A stretch of 64,000 nucleotides of DNA, from NCBI GenBank assembly GCA_049997795.1, contig JBEKVT010000001.1, forward strand, positions 101,067 through 165,066, read 5' to 3'. Positions 26,651 to 36,153 of this stretch are shown here, in pieces. This DNA is from Minisyncoccia bacterium. Its GTDB lineage: Bacteria > Patescibacteriota > Minisyncoccia > Phycocordibacterales > PALSA-1337. A program made the translations under genes and the position numbers. The notes below the pieces were generated by a model. That model was not told where the DNA came from. It saw only the letters and a list, made by a program, of their open reading frames with translations, and did no database searches. Numbering within the stretch: position 1 is the stretch's first letter; every line of letters starts with the position of its first letter.

Positions 26651-27946
26651 CTAATATTCCCTCATGGCTATCTGGGCGTCTATCTTCTTCAGGAGATCTA
26701 GGACAACGGAGACCACGATGAGGAGGGCCGTGCCGCCGACGGCGAACGACTGGGTGGAATCCGGCGAGAAGAGCTGGATCAAGAGGGGCAGGATAGCCAC
26801 CACGCCGAGGAAGATGGCGCCGACCAGGGTGATCCTGGTCACGATGTTGCCGAGATAGTCGCGCGTGTGCTCGCCTGGCCTGACGCCGGGGATGAAGGCT
26901 CCAGAGCGCTGGAGATTCTCGGAGATCATCTGGGGATCGAAGGTCACGGCCGTGTAGAAATAGGTGAAGGCCACCACCATGATGAAGTATAGGCAGCCGT
27001 AGACCAGGGATGGCGGCGTAAGGAGGAGGGCCACCGACTGCGACCAGGACGCCAGGGCCGGATGAGCAGCCCATTTCGCCAGGGCGTTGAAGATAATCTG
27101 CGGGAAGAGCAGGATGGAAAGGGCGAAGATGATGGGTATGACGCCGGACTGGTTCAGGCGCAAGGGGATGTAAGTGGAAGCGCCGCCGTAGACCTTGTTG
27201 CCGCGGACCTGCTTGGCATATGTGACCGGCACCGAGCGCTCGGCCTCGGTGACATAGATGACGCCGGCTGTGGCGAGGATGGCCACGACAAGGACGCCGA
27301 GATAGAACGGCAGGTTGGCCATATCCGAGGCCATGAGCTTCTGAAGATTCTGGATGAAGGAGATGGGCAGGCGAGAGACGATGCCGGCGAAGATGATGAG
27401 GCTGACGCCGTTTCCGATGCCGAACTCGGAGACGAGCTCGCCGAGCCACATGAGCAGGATCGAGCCGCTGGCCACGACCAGGACGTTGGTGGAGAAGGCG
27501 AAGGTCCCCAAGTGCGGCAGGACGCCTTGGGACTGGAATAGGATGAGATAGCCGATGCCCTGGAGGATGGCAAGGGGCGCTCCCAGGATGCGCGAGTATT
27601 GCGACAGCTTCATGCGGCCGGCTTCGCCTTCCTCGTGCATCAGAGCTTTCCATTTCGGCAGGACCATAGTGAGGACCTGGACGATGATGGAGGCAGTGAT
27701 GAACGGGCCGACGCCGAGCATGACGATGGAGAGGTTAGACAGGCCGCCGCCGGAGAAGATGTTCAGGAAGCCGAAGAATTGGCTGGAATTCAAAAGCGAG
27801 GCGAGGGTAGCGGGATTGACGCCTGGAACAGGGATGGCGGCGAGGAGCCGGAAGAGGATGAGGGCTCCGATGGTGAAGCCGATGCGCTTCCGGAGGGCCG
27901 GGTCCTTGATCGCAGCGGAGATCTTTTGTAAGAAAGACTGCATCAT
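26651..27946 (-). CDS. secY: Preprotein translocase subunit SecY
   Basis: 10-TM SecY pattern, 431 aa, at the end of the spc operon. Confidence 0.9.
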   Translation of the reverse strand: MMQSFLQKISAAIKDPALRKRIGFTIGALILFRLLAAIPVPGVNPATLASLLNSSQFFGFLNIFSGGGLSNLSIVMLGVGPFITASIIVQVLTMVLPKWKALMHEEGEAGRMKLSQYSRILGAPLAILQGIGYLILFQSQGVLPHLGTFAFSTNVLVVASGSILLMWLGELVSEFGIGNGVSLIIFAGIVSRLPISFIQNLQKLMASDMANLPFYLGVLVVAILATAGVIYVTEAERSVPVTYAKQVRGNKVYGGASTYIPLRLNQSGVIPIIFALSILLFPQIIFNALAKWAAHPALASWSQSVALLLTPPSLVYGCLYFIMVVAFTYFYTAVTFDPQMISENLQRSGAFIPGVRPGEHTRDYLGNIVTRITLVGAIFLGVVAILPLLIQLFSPDSTQSFAVGGTALLIVVSVVLDLLKKIDAQIAMREY

Positions 27947-28557
27947 TTATCGTTTTCGGACTTGGAAGGCTTCGTTCCTTTCTTGGTCCCAGTCTTGGCT
28001 TTCCCGGTTTTGGCGGGAACAGCTGGAATCTTTGTCTCCGCTTTCGGGGCCTGTCTCGCCTTTATTTCCTTCTTGAACGCCGGAGGAAGAGGCACGACCG
28101 AGCCGCCGGCCTTTTCAATGGCAGCCTTAGCCGATTCGGAGACTCCGCAACCGGATATCTTAAGAGATTTTTCGAGTTCGCCGTCGCCCAAGATCTTGAT
28201 GCGAGAGACGCGCCCGGAAAAGGTTGGGACCACGCCGCGCTCGACGAGAGAGGCCGGAGTGACGGCCTCGCCGGAGCTGAAGGCGGCCTCGAGGGCTTCC
28301 AAGTCAACAATCGCCGGTCTTCCTGAGTCGGTTTTCACCGACTTGTTGGAGTTCTTGCCGCGGCCGCGGAGCTTCGGCAGCCTCTTGATGATGTCGCGCC
28401 ATTCCGGCCGGCGCTTGTTACCGGCCCGGGCCGTCTGTCCTTTGCCGCCCCGGCCGGAGGTCTTGCCGCGCTTACCGCCTCTTGCGACCTGCATGCGCTT
28501 CCTGTTCGGATGGGTGCGTCTTAGGGCGTCGGTTTGCATGTTATTTCTTCGGGGCAA
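27943..28557 (-). CDS. rplO: 50S ribosomal protein L15 with a Lys/Ala-rich C-terminal extension
   Basis: GGKRGKTSGRGGKGQ matches the L15 motif. Its position after rpsE with no L30 gene in between is CPR-like. Confidence 0.8.
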   Translation of the reverse strand: MPRRNNMQTDALRRTHPNRKRMQVARGGKRGKTSGRGGKGQTARAGNKRRPEWRDIIKRLPKLRGRGKNSNKSVKTDSGRPAIVDLEALEAAFSSGEAVTPASLVERGVVPTFSGRVSRIKILGDGELEKSLKISGCGVSESAKAAIEKAGGSVVPLPPAFKKEIKARQAPKAETKIPAVPAKTGKAKTGTKKGTKPSKSENDK

Positions 28558-29269
28558 GGGCTGACCTCTGGACCTTCGAGAGCTTCTCCAGGGCGGCGAT
28601 GGCTACTCTGGCGTTATTGAGCTTGTTCTTGCTGCCGGAGAGGTACTTGGCGCAGATATCCTTGATGCCGGCCAATTCGATGACCGCTCTGGCGGAAGAG
28701 CCGGCCACGACTCCGGAACCGCGAGCCGGGAAGATCTTTATCCTGGAGCTGCCGAGCTTAGCTTCGACGGCATGCGGAATAGTCATATACTGCGAGAGCG
28801 GGACTTTTATGAGATGCTTCTTGGCTTCGCGGGTGGCCTTCTCCATGGCCACAGCGGTGTCGGCGCCTTTGCCGAGACCGACTCCGACACGGCCCTTCCT
28901 GTCGCCCGCGACCACGGCCACGCTGAAATTGAGCCGTCGGCCGCCGGCAGTCACTCTGGTGACCCGGCGGACGTCGATGATCCTGGAATCGAATTCCGGC
29001 TTGACGCGCTCACGGTTGTCTCCGCCTCTTCCGCCGCCGCGGCCTCCCCTCCTCCCGCCGCCCGGGCCCTGCATGGAGGCGCCCCGGCCGCCGCGGCGGG
29101 CCGAATCGCGCATCCTGCGGCCCGGCGTGATCTTGCCCGTCGGAGCGGGCGCGGGGACCGGAGCCGGGACCGCTTCGGCCTGCGCCTCTTCGGGCACGGC
29201 CGGAAGATCGGCTGCTGGCAAGGCCTGCGTCTCTTCTCTTTCTTCTTTTTTGATCTCTGGGTCTTTCAT
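28541..29269 (-). CDS. rpsE: 30S ribosomal protein S5 with a Pro/Ala/Gly-Arg-rich N-terminal extension
   Basis: The S5 core RVTRVTAGGRRLNFSVAVVAGDRKGRVGVGLGKG is present. Confidence 0.85.
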   Translation of the reverse strand: MKDPEIKKEEREETQALPAADLPAVPEEAQAEAVPAPVPAPAPTGKITPGRRMRDSARRGGRGASMQGPGGGRRGGRGGGRGGDNRERVKPEFDSRIIDVRRVTRVTAGGRRLNFSVAVVAGDRKGRVGVGLGKGADTAVAMEKATREAKKHLIKVPLSQYMTIPHAVEAKLGSSRIKIFPARGSGVVAGSSARAVIELAGIKDICAKYLSGSKNKLNNARVAIAALEKLSKVQRSALAPKK

Positions 29270-29274
29270 GATAT

Positions 29275-29625
29275 TCAGAATTGAAGGCCTCCTTCCCTGG
29301 CGGCTTCCGCCACCACCTTGATCTTGCCGGCGAAAGGATAGCCGCCCCGATCGAAGACGACCTTGACGATCTTGGCCGCTTTGGCTTTCTTGGCGATCTC
29401 GAGGCCGACTTCCTTGGCTCGTTCGACCGGCTTCTTGCCGTCCGCCCTGCGGGAATCGGCGGCGGCCAAGGTGCGGCCCTTATCGTCGTCTATCAATTGG
29501 GCGTAGATGTACCGGTGCGACTTGAAGACGGACAGGCGCGGACGCTCCGCCGTGCCGTTTATCTTGGCGCGGACACGGGCCCTCCTGCGGGCGAAAGTAA
29601 TCTGTTTCTTTTCTAGGGTGTTCAT
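29275..29625 (-). CDS. rplR: 50S ribosomal protein L18
   Basis: RLSVFKSHRYIYAQLIDDDKGRTLAAAD matches L18. Confidence 0.85.
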   Translation of the reverse strand: MNTLEKKQITFARRRARVRAKINGTAERPRLSVFKSHRYIYAQLIDDDKGRTLAAADSRRADGKKPVERAKEVGLEIAKKAKAAKIVKVVFDRGGYPFAGKIKVVAEAAREGGLQF

Positions 29626-29651
29626 GGTGATTATGTGCCAATCGTCCCGGC

Positions 29652-30185
29652 CTAAGCGGCCTTCTTGCCCTGTTTCCTCCGGATGACCTCGTCCGAGTAG
29701 CGGATGCCCTTGCCGAGATACGGCTCCGGCTTCTTCAGGGCCCTGACGTCGGCGGCGAACTGGCCGACTTTCTCGCAGTCCACGCCGGAGATGGTGATGT
29801 TGTTCTTCTCGGTGGTCACCTTGAGGTCGGCCGGGATGGGCATGACGACGGGATGGGAGAAGCCGAGCGAAAGGGCCAGGTCCTTGCCCTTGACGTCCGC
29901 CTTGAAGCCGATGCCTTCGACTATGAGCTTCTTCTCGTACGGCTTATTGACTCCCGAGAGCATGTTCCTGACGTGCGAGGCGTAGGTGCCGACGGCGACC
30001 TTGGCCTCCGGCGAGCCGCTTGCCGGCGCCAGGATGACCTTGCCGCCCTCGACGGCGATCGAGACCAGCGGCCGGAAGGCCTTCGAGACCGTGCCGAGCG
30101 GACCCTTGACGGCCATCACGCCGCCCGAGTATGAGACCTCGGTCTTGGGCGGGATGATGATGGGCTTTTTGGCTAGGCGCGACAT
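29652..30185 (-). CDS. rplF: 50S ribosomal protein L6
   Basis: Two-domain L6 pattern, 177 aa. Confidence 0.85.
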   Translation of the reverse strand: MSRLAKKPIIIPPKTEVSYSGGVMAVKGPLGTVSKAFRPLVSIAVEGGKVILAPASGSPEAKVAVGTYASHVRNMLSGVNKPYEKKLIVEGIGFKADVKGKDLALSLGFSHPVVMPIPADLKVTTEKNNITISGVDCEKVGQFAADVRALKKPEPYLGKGIRYSDEVIRRKQGKKAA

Positions 30186-30204
30186 GATATTGAAATAGGC
30201 ATTA

Positions 30205-30600
30205 TCACCAGATCTTGAAAAGGACTTCCCCGCCGGCCCTCGTCTTCTTGGCGTCTTCGTCCATGAGCACTCCCTTCGGCGTAGACAGGAAGGTGTTGCC
30301 GAAGCCGCTCCGGAAGGCGCGGATGTCGCCGGCTCTCTGATAGACCCGGCGCGACGGCTTGGAGACGCGTTCCACTCCGTGGATCCTCGGGCCGGCCTGG
30401 TCGAAATATCGAAGGCCGATCTCCAGGCTCCTGTCGAAGAGCTCGCCTTTCTTCTCGACCGATTCGATGTAGCCGGCCTTCTTCAGGGCGTAGGCGACGT
30501 TCTCGGCGAACTTCGAATACGGCACTTCGACCGACGGTTTCTTGGCGTTCGAGCCGTTCTTCAGGCGGATGATGAAATCTCCGATGGGGTCGGTCACCAT
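30205..30600 (-). CDS. rpsH: 30S ribosomal protein S8
   Basis: [16 protein letters not shown]... matches S8. Confidence 0.85.
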   Translation of the reverse strand: MVTDPIGDFIIRLKNGSNAKKPSVEVPYSKFAENVAYALKKAGYIESVEKKGELFDRSLEIGLRYFDQAGPRIHGVERVSKPSRRVYQRAGDIRAFRSGFGNTFLSTPKGVLMDEDAKKTRAGGEVLFKIW

Positions 30601-30779
30601 GATGATTTCTTGATGCCGGGGATCATGCCTTCATTGGCGAATTCGCGGAAGCAGATGCGGCAAAGGTCGAAATCCCTCATGTAGCCGCGCTTCCGGCCGC
30701 AACGGAAACAGCGCCGGACCACGCGCGACTTGAATTTCGGCTTCCTTTTCGACCTGACGACGACTGACGTCTTTGCCAT
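30594..30779 (-). CDS. rpsZ: 30S ribosomal protein S14 (type Z, zinc-binding)
   Basis: 61 aa with the CxxC...CxxC pattern ([22 protein letters not shown]). Confidence 0.85.
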   Translation of the reverse strand: MAKTSVVVRSKRKPKFKSRVVRRCFRCGRKRGYMRDFDLCRICFREFANEGMIPGIKKSSW

Positions 30780-30953
30780 GGATGTTCGGGTAGCTCCGTT
30801 CCCCGGAAAAACAAAGGGGATTGGTCAGCTCCGCCCTGCCGGGGTTCGCTTCCAATCGCTTTTTCCTCGAAATGCCGGGTATCTAGAGGTAAGGGAGATG
30901 CTAACAGATGCCCGGTGGCGAGTCAAGGCTCGGGACCGGCCGGGGGCTCGCCA

Positions 30954-31298
30954 CTAATCGCCCCCTTTCAGGGCGTTCAGGAGGCCGTGGATGACCGCGA
31001 GGACAAGAGCGAAGAAGAAGGCCGCCCAGAAGCCGGACACCGTGAAATCCGGCACCATATAGGCGGCTAGCATCACCAGGGCGGCGTTGATGACCAAGGT
31101 GAAGAGGCCGAGAGTGATCACGTTTATCGGCAGGGTCAGGAAGATCAGTATCGGCCTAAGGAGCATGTTGATGGCGCCGAGCACCGCGGCGAGGATGAGC
31201 GCCGCCACGAAGCCGCTCACGGCCACGCCGGGCAGGATGTAGGCAGTCACGAGTATGGCCGCGGCGTATAGGAACCAGTTGAGGATCAATTTGATCAT
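30954..31298 (-). CDS. Holin-like / 4-TM small membrane protein family, hypothetical
   Basis: 114 aa with four hydrophobic helices, inserted between rpsZ and rplE. Confidence 0.45.
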   Translation of the reverse strand: MIKLILNWFLYAAAILVTAYILPGVAVSGFVAALILAAVLGAINMLLRPILIFLTLPINVITLGLFTLVINAALVMLAAYMVPDFTVSGFWAAFFFALVLAVIHGLLNALKGGD

Positions 31299-31399
31299 TG
31301 CGAGATAGATGATACCAGAAGAGAGCCGCCTCGGCTATCCCTTTTCTCGCCTTGACCGGTTCACTATCCCAGGGTAAGGTGAAGAAAAAGGAGGTTGTT

Positions 31400-31819
31400 A
31401 TGGATAAAAACAGTTCTTCGAACAATAACAATGTAAGGTGGTTCATCAAGGCCATCAGCACCAATCTCAAGACTGCAATCGAGCAGAGGGACGACAAAAT
31501 GATCACTGCTCGGTATAAGGTGAGTTGTGTCGATCGTAACGGCAGAGAGATCGGTCCGTATAGTCTCTATGAGATCCCGGCTGATTTCAAAGACGACATC
31601 GTCAAGAACAGGGTCGACTTCGGTTTCGAGTTCGTGCTGTTCCGCGCCGTGGGCGAAGGCCGGCCGGTCGTCTATTACGAATGGCCCAGAGGCAGACCTG
31701 CTTACCCGGCGCCAAAACACCGGCGGCTGAAGAAGGGTTCGGTCTTCCCGGGCAGCGCCCTTCTCGGCGACAGAGTGCTCTTCGCTGAAAGAGCTGCCCG
31801 CGTCGATAGCCACCCCTAG
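31400..31819 (+). CDS. Hypothetical protein (139 aa) with a low-complexity N-terminus. It is the only plus-strand gene inside the minus-strand r-protein run
   Basis: AAGGAGG lies 6 nt upstream of the ATG at 31400. The track ORF starts further upstream. Confidence 0.45.
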   Translation: MDKNSSSNNNNVRWFIKAISTNLKTAIEQRDDKMITARYKVSCVDRNGREIGPYSLYEIPADFKDDIVKNRVDFGFEFVLFRAVGEGRPVVYYEWPRGRPAYPAPKHRRLKKGSVFPGSALLGDRVLFAERAARVDSHP

Positions 31820-31863
31820 TCCCAGCCTTTCCCCGTAGGCGGAGCTCTGCTCCGCTTTTTTAT

Positions 31864-32496
31864 TCAACGATCCAAGGCCCTTGCCACTTCCGCGTCGCTC
31901 GTCTGGTCGAAATCGTCGTAATATTCCCCGACGGCGCCGAGATAATCGGGGTCGACGAAGATGGCGACAACATCGTCGGCCTCGGCCTTGAGGGCCTCGG
32001 CCGCGGACGCCGGCATGACAGGCACGGCGATGACAAGCCTCAATGGCTTCTGTTTCCGGAGCATCCTGGCCGCAGCCATGATCGTCAGGCCGGTGGCGAT
32101 GCCGTCGTCAGTGAGGATGGCTGTCTTGCCCGTCGCGGGAATGGCCGGCCGGCTGCCCTGATAGAGCTCCTTACGGCGCTTGATCTCCTCCGTTTGGCGC
32201 TCAATCTCCCGTTCGAGCCAATCACGGTCGACCGTCTTCAATTCAGTTCCTTGGCCGACGAATGTCCCGTCTTCGGCCACTGCTCCGATCGCATATTCTG
32301 GATGGAGCGGGTGTCCGATCTTGCGGGTGATAGCCAGCTCGAGAGGCGCTTTCAGATGTTTTGCTGCTTCCGCGGCCACGATCACGCCGCCGCGCGGCAG
32401 GCCGTATATCACTGTCTTCGGCGAAAGGTACGGTTCGAGCAACTTCGCCAGCCGTTGGCCGGCATCAGCCCGGTTTTTGAAGCATGGCCTGTTCAT
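31864..32496 (-). CDS. Phosphoribosyltransferase-domain protein
   Basis: The PRTase fold signature AILTDDGIATGLTI; 210 aa. Confidence 0.6.
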   Translation of the reverse strand: MNRPCFKNRADAGQRLAKLLEPYLSPKTVIYGLPRGGVIVAAEAAKHLKAPLELAITRKIGHPLHPEYAIGAVAEDGTFVGQGTELKTVDRDWLEREIERQTEEIKRRKELYQGSRPAIPATGKTAILTDDGIATGLTIMAAARMLRKQKPLRLVIAVPVMPASAAEALKAEADDVVAIFVDPDYLGAVGEYYDDFDQTSDAEVARALDR

Positions 32497-32882
32497 GATC
32501 TCTTGCTCTTCTCCCGCTTCACCACCTCGTCTTCGTTCAGGCCGAAATGGTGCGCCACCTCGTGCCAGATCGTTTCTTCCACGACCCGCTGCACCGGGAT
32601 ACCGTCCTCTTCAGCGGCCTTGAGGATCGGCCGGCGGTACAGAGTGATGGTATCCGGTAGGGTGCCGGCTATGCCGTAGCTCTCGCCTCGGGCGGTCCGG
32701 GGGATGCCGTGATAGAGGCCGAGCAGAGTCTCGTCCTTAGCAAGCCCCATGTCGCGGCGCGTCTCTTCCGGCACATCGTCCTCGACGAGCAGAGCCGCAT
32801 TCTCGATCAGACCTCGGAACTTCTCCGGCACGGGCGAGAAGCCTACGTCCGCCACGAGCCTTTTGAATGCGGTCCAGTCCAT
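32493..32882 (-). CDS. Putative zinc metallopeptidase (DUF1025-like, HExxH)
   Basis: WHEVAHHFGLNEDE motif; 129 aa. Confidence 0.5.
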   Translation of the reverse strand: MDWTAFKRLVADVGFSPVPEKFRGLIENAALLVEDDVPEETRRDMGLAKDETLLGLYHGIPRTARGESYGIAGTLPDTITLYRRPILKAAEEDGIPVQRVVEETIWHEVAHHFGLNEDEVVKREKSKRS

Positions 32883-32930
32883 ACGTCATTTATAGCACAA
32901 AAAACCGCCCGGGGTCCTTCCGAGCGGCTG

Positions 32931-33494
32931 TTATTTCTTCGCCTCTTCCCTCTTCAAGGGCAAGCCTAGGTGCTCGAGGAAGGCCAGAGTGGCGTTCTTG
33001 TCTCTCGAGGTGGTGACGATAGTGATGGACATGCCGAAGACGTCTTTCAGGTCCTCGTCGGCGGTCTCCGGGAATATGGTGTGCTCCTTTATGCCGATGG
33101 TGAAATTGCCCATGGCGTCGACGGAAGTCCTCGGCAGGCCACGGAAATCTTTGGTGCGGGGCAGGGCGAGGTGGATGAGACGGTCCAGGAAATCGGTCAT
33201 GCGCCTGCCGCGCAGGGTCACTTGGTAGGCGACCGGGTCGCCTTCGCGCGTCTTGAAAGAAGCGATGGCCTTTTTGGTGACCCGAACGGCCGGCTTCTGG
33301 CCGGTTATCCTGGTCAAGCGGTCGGCGATGAGCTCTATCTTCTTCTTGTCCTTGACCGAGCCGAAGCCGCTCGAGACGACGATCTTCGCGAGGCGCGGCG
33401 TCTGCATCGGGTTCGTGAGATGGAGCTTCCCGCCGAGGTCCCTGAAAGAATCCTTGCTGAGCTCGTATGAGGTTTTGGGCGTGATGACAGTCAT
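32931..33494 (-). CDS. rplE: 50S ribosomal protein L5
   Basis: MTVITPKTSYELSKDSFRDLGG... matches L5. The track ORF to 33872 is a spurious upstream extension. Confidence 0.85.
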   Translation of the reverse strand: MTVITPKTSYELSKDSFRDLGGKLHLTNPMQTPRLAKIVVSSGFGSVKDKKKIELIADRLTRITGQKPAVRVTKKAIASFKTREGDPVAYQVTLRGRRMTDFLDRLIHLALPRTKDFRGLPRTSVDAMGNFTIGIKEHTIFPETADEDLKDVFGMSITIVTTSRDKNATLAFLEHLGLPLKREEAKK

Positions 33495-33505
33495 GGGGAT
33501 GGCGC

Positions 33506-33736
33506 TTATTTGGAGGCCTTGTCGGCTTTCACGGCCTTCGAAGCGTAGATCGGCATGGCCCGCTCGACGGTCTGGCCCTTGCCTTCCTGGGTCTTCGCGC
33601 GCTCGTGCTTCTTCATCACGTTCACGCCTTCGACCAGGATCTTGTTCTCGGCCGGAAAGGCCCGGAGGACCTTGGCGGTCTTGCCTTTGTCGTCGCCTGA
33701 AAGTATGGTCACCATATCTCCTTTCTTGATGCGCAT
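33506..33736 (-). CDS. rplX: 50S ribosomal protein L24
   Basis: MRIKKGDMVTILSGDDKGKTAKV matches L24 (KOW). Confidence 0.85.
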   Translation of the reverse strand: MRIKKGDMVTILSGDDKGKTAKVLRAFPAENKILVEGVNVMKKHERAKTQEGKGQTVERAMPIYASKAVKADKASK

Positions 33737-33744
33737 GGTATGTA

Positions 33745-34116
33745 TCAGACGATCTCGGCCGCCCGGGAAGCGATGGTCTGGAAGCCGGCCTCCTGGACCT
33801 CGCGCGGGATCGGCCCGAATATGCGCCCGGCGATCGGCTCCTTTTTGCCCTTCTCGATGATGACCACGGCATTCTCGTCGAAACGGACGTATGAGCCGTC
33901 CTTGCGGCGAGTAGGTTTCACCTGGCGCACTACTACGGCGTGCAGGATGTCCTTCTTCTTGACGGCCTTACGCGGCTCGGCCTTCTGGACGGAAAGGACG
34001 ACCACTTCCCCGAGCTCGGCGGAGCGTTTCTTGGAAGCGCCGAGGACCTTGAAGATGCGCCCGATCTTGGCCCCGGAATTGTCCGCGATATTGACGATGG
34101 TTCTCGGCTGGATCAT
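33745..34116 (-). CDS. rplN: 50S ribosomal protein L14
   Basis: MIQPRTIVNIADNSGAK matches L14. Confidence 0.9.
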   Translation of the reverse strand: MIQPRTIVNIADNSGAKIGRIFKVLGASKKRSAELGEVVVLSVQKAEPRKAVKKKDILHAVVVRQVKPTRRKDGSYVRFDENAVVIIEKGKKEPIAGRIFGPIPREVQEAGFQTIASRAAEIV

Positions 34117-34141
34117 GGGATTATTGTCTGGGTGGCGCCGA

Positions 34142-34417
34142 TCAGGCGACTATCTTGAAGGCCTTGCGCTTCGATATCGGCCGGCAGGCTTCGACCGTCG
34201 CCTTCTCTCCTTCTTTCTTGGTGTTGCCCGGGTCGTGGGCCATGACTTTCGTCCGGCGGACGACGTACTTGCCGTACTTCGGGTGCTTGACGTAGCGCAG
34301 GACGAGGATGACTGCCGTGTCTTTCATCTTGCTTGAAACCACCGTGCCAGTCATGGTCTGGCGGCGGATGCCGGCGTTCTTCTGCTTCGCTCCTCTGTCG
34401 GTCGTTTTGTTAGACAT
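34142..34417 (-). CDS. rpsQ: 30S ribosomal protein S17
   Basis: A 91-aa basic OB-fold protein at the S17 position. Confidence 0.8.
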   Translation of the reverse strand: MSNKTTDRGAKQKNAGIRRQTMTGTVVSSKMKDTAVILVLRYVKHPKYGKYVVRRTKVMAHDPGNTKKEGEKATVEACRPISKRKAFKIVA

Positions 34418-34460
34418 GGTATTCGAGTGTATGCGATAAGTCGGCGCTTGTCCAGAAAAT

Positions 34461-34658
34461 TCAGGCTTTCTTCGCCTTTATGTCGTTAAGGGCCGTCAAG
34501 ATCCTGGCGATGTCCTTCCTCACGGCCCGGCCTTCGCGGACGTTCTTCGATTTGGCTCCGGCGGCCCCGAACCGGAAGACGCGCAAGGTCTCGCGCTTGT
34601 CGGAAAGCATCTTGAGGAGGTCGGCGGCGGTCTTGTTGACGATGTCTTTGCTCTTCAT
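34461..34658 (-). CDS. rpmC: 50S ribosomal protein L29
   Basis: 65 aa, helical, at the L29 position. Confidence 0.8.
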   Translation of the reverse strand: MKSKDIVNKTAADLLKMLSDKRETLRVFRFGAAGAKSKNVREGRAVRKDIARILTALNDIKAKKA

Positions 34659-34667
34659 GATGATTTA

Positions 34668-35093
34668 TCAGGCGCGACTGACCACTCTCGTCTTCACCGG
34701 CAGCTTGGTGCCGGCTTTGCGCAGGGCCTCGGCGGCCACCTCCGGCTCGACTCCGTCTATCTCGAAGACGATGCGGCCGGGCTTGACCTCGGCGATGAAG
34801 CCCTGTGGGTCGCCCTTGCCTTTGCCCATCTTCACTTCGGCCGGCTTCTGGGTGAACGGATGGTCCGGGAAGACGCGGATCCAGACCTTGCCGGTCTTCC
34901 CCGCGTGGTGCATGGCCGCCTTCCTGGCCGCCTCGATCTGGTTCGAAGTCACCCTGGCGTACTTCGTCGCCTTGAGGCCGTAAGAGCCGAAAGCCAGTTC
35001 TATACCGCGCGTCTCCGCGTGAGCGGCTTCTTTCACCGGATGCTCCCGCATAGTGAACCACTTGCGATGTTTGACTTTTTTGGGGAATAGCAT
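34668..35093 (-). CDS. rplP: 50S ribosomal protein L16
   Basis: MLFPKKVKHRKWF... matches L16. Confidence 0.9.
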   Translation of the reverse strand: MLFPKKVKHRKWFTMREHPVKEAAHAETRGIELAFGSYGLKATKYARVTSNQIEAARKAAMHHAGKTGKVWIRVFPDHPFTQKPAEVKMGKGKGDPQGFIAEVKPGRIVFEIDGVEPEVAAEALRKAGTKLPVKTRVVSRA

Positions 35094-35102
35094 GGCGGTA
35101 GC

Positions 35103-35786
35103 TTATGCGGGGCGCTCTCCCTTCTGGTCCTTCTTGAATATCTCGCCCTTGTATATCCAGACCTTGATGCCGAGGTCACCGTAGGTCATGTGGGCCTTCT
35201 CGCGGGCGAAATCGATGTCGGCCCGCAGGGTCTGAAGGGGCACCCGGCCGCGCTTCATCTCCTCGGAGCGGGCGATCTCCGCCCCGCCCAGGCGGCCGCC
35301 CAGGTAGACGCGCACGCCCTTGACCTCCTTGTTGGCCATGACCTTCTCGAGAGTCTGCTTCATGACGCGGCGGAAAGGCAGGCGCTTCTCCAGGGCCTCG
35401 GCTATCATGAGGCCCACGATGGCGGCGTTCGATTCCGGGCTCCTGACCTCTTCGACGTCGAGCTTCAGCTCCTGGCCGCCCAAGTCGATATGATTCTTCG
35501 TAAGGAGAGCCAGGACCTTCGCCCGCAATTTGGTGATGCCGTCGCCGGCCTTGCCTATGAGCATGCCGGGACGCGAGGTCTTGATGATGATCCGGAGGAC
35601 TTTTTGGCTGCGCTCGATCTCGAGCCCGCCCAAAAAGTACGGCCGGAGCTCCTTCACCAAGAATTCGCGGATCACGATGTCGGCTTTCAGGGCTGCGCGG
35701 TAATTCTTGTGCAAAAGGAACCAGCGGCTCTTCCAGTCGCGGGTGATCCCCAGTCTGTGCGAATACGGATGGACGGTGTGAGACAT
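35103..35786 (-). CDS. rpsC: 30S ribosomal protein S3
   Basis: MSHTVHPYSHRLG (KH domain) matches S3. The start is trimmed from the track ORF. Confidence 0.85.
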   Translation of the reverse strand: MSHTVHPYSHRLGITRDWKSRWFLLHKNYRAALKADIVIREFLVKELRPYFLGGLEIERSQKVLRIIIKTSRPGMLIGKAGDGITKLRAKVLALLTKNHIDLGGQELKLDVEEVRSPESNAAIVGLMIAEALEKRLPFRRVMKQTLEKVMANKEVKGVRVYLGGRLGGAEIARSEEMKRGRVPLQTLRADIDFAREKAHMTYGDLGIKVWIYKGEIFKKDQKGERPA

Positions 35787-35787
35787 G

Positions 35788-36126
35788 TTACTTCGTGGGA
35801 AGCGGGGCAAGCACCAAGGTGACGTTCGCGGTGCGCTTCTTTATGGGGAAGGCCGAGCCCCGCGCCATCGGCATCGAGCGCTTCAGGGTGCGGCCCTGAT
35901 CGACGCGGATCTCCTTGACGTACAGGTTCTCGGCTTCGAGCTTGAAATTATGAGAGGCATTCGAGACGGCCGAATCGATGAGGTCGGATATCGGGTGGCG
36001 GGCCTTCTTCCCGGCGTTTCCCAGGATGGCCTTGGCTTCGTTCGCATTCTTGCCGCGGATCATATCGGCCACCAGGCGGACCTTGCGGGGAGAGATCCTG
36101 TAGTTTTGAAGGGTGGCGATGATCAT
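35788..36126 (-). CDS. rplV: 50S ribosomal protein L22
   Basis: 112 aa, ...ISPRKVRLVADMIRGK... matches L22. Confidence 0.85.
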   Translation of the reverse strand: MIIATLQNYRISPRKVRLVADMIRGKNANEAKAILGNAGKKARHPISDLIDSAVSNASHNFKLEAENLYVKEIRVDQGRTLKRSMPMARGSAFPIKKRTANVTLVLAPLPTK

Positions 36127-36153
36127 GGCGGTGTGTTGTCGGGCGTCAGCGGA

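Noticed and set aside
32931-33872. 313-aa ORF containing L5
   Set aside because: The N-terminal 126 aa are an Arg/Pro-rich read-through that overlaps rplX and rplN in another frame. L5 starts at MTVITPK (33494).
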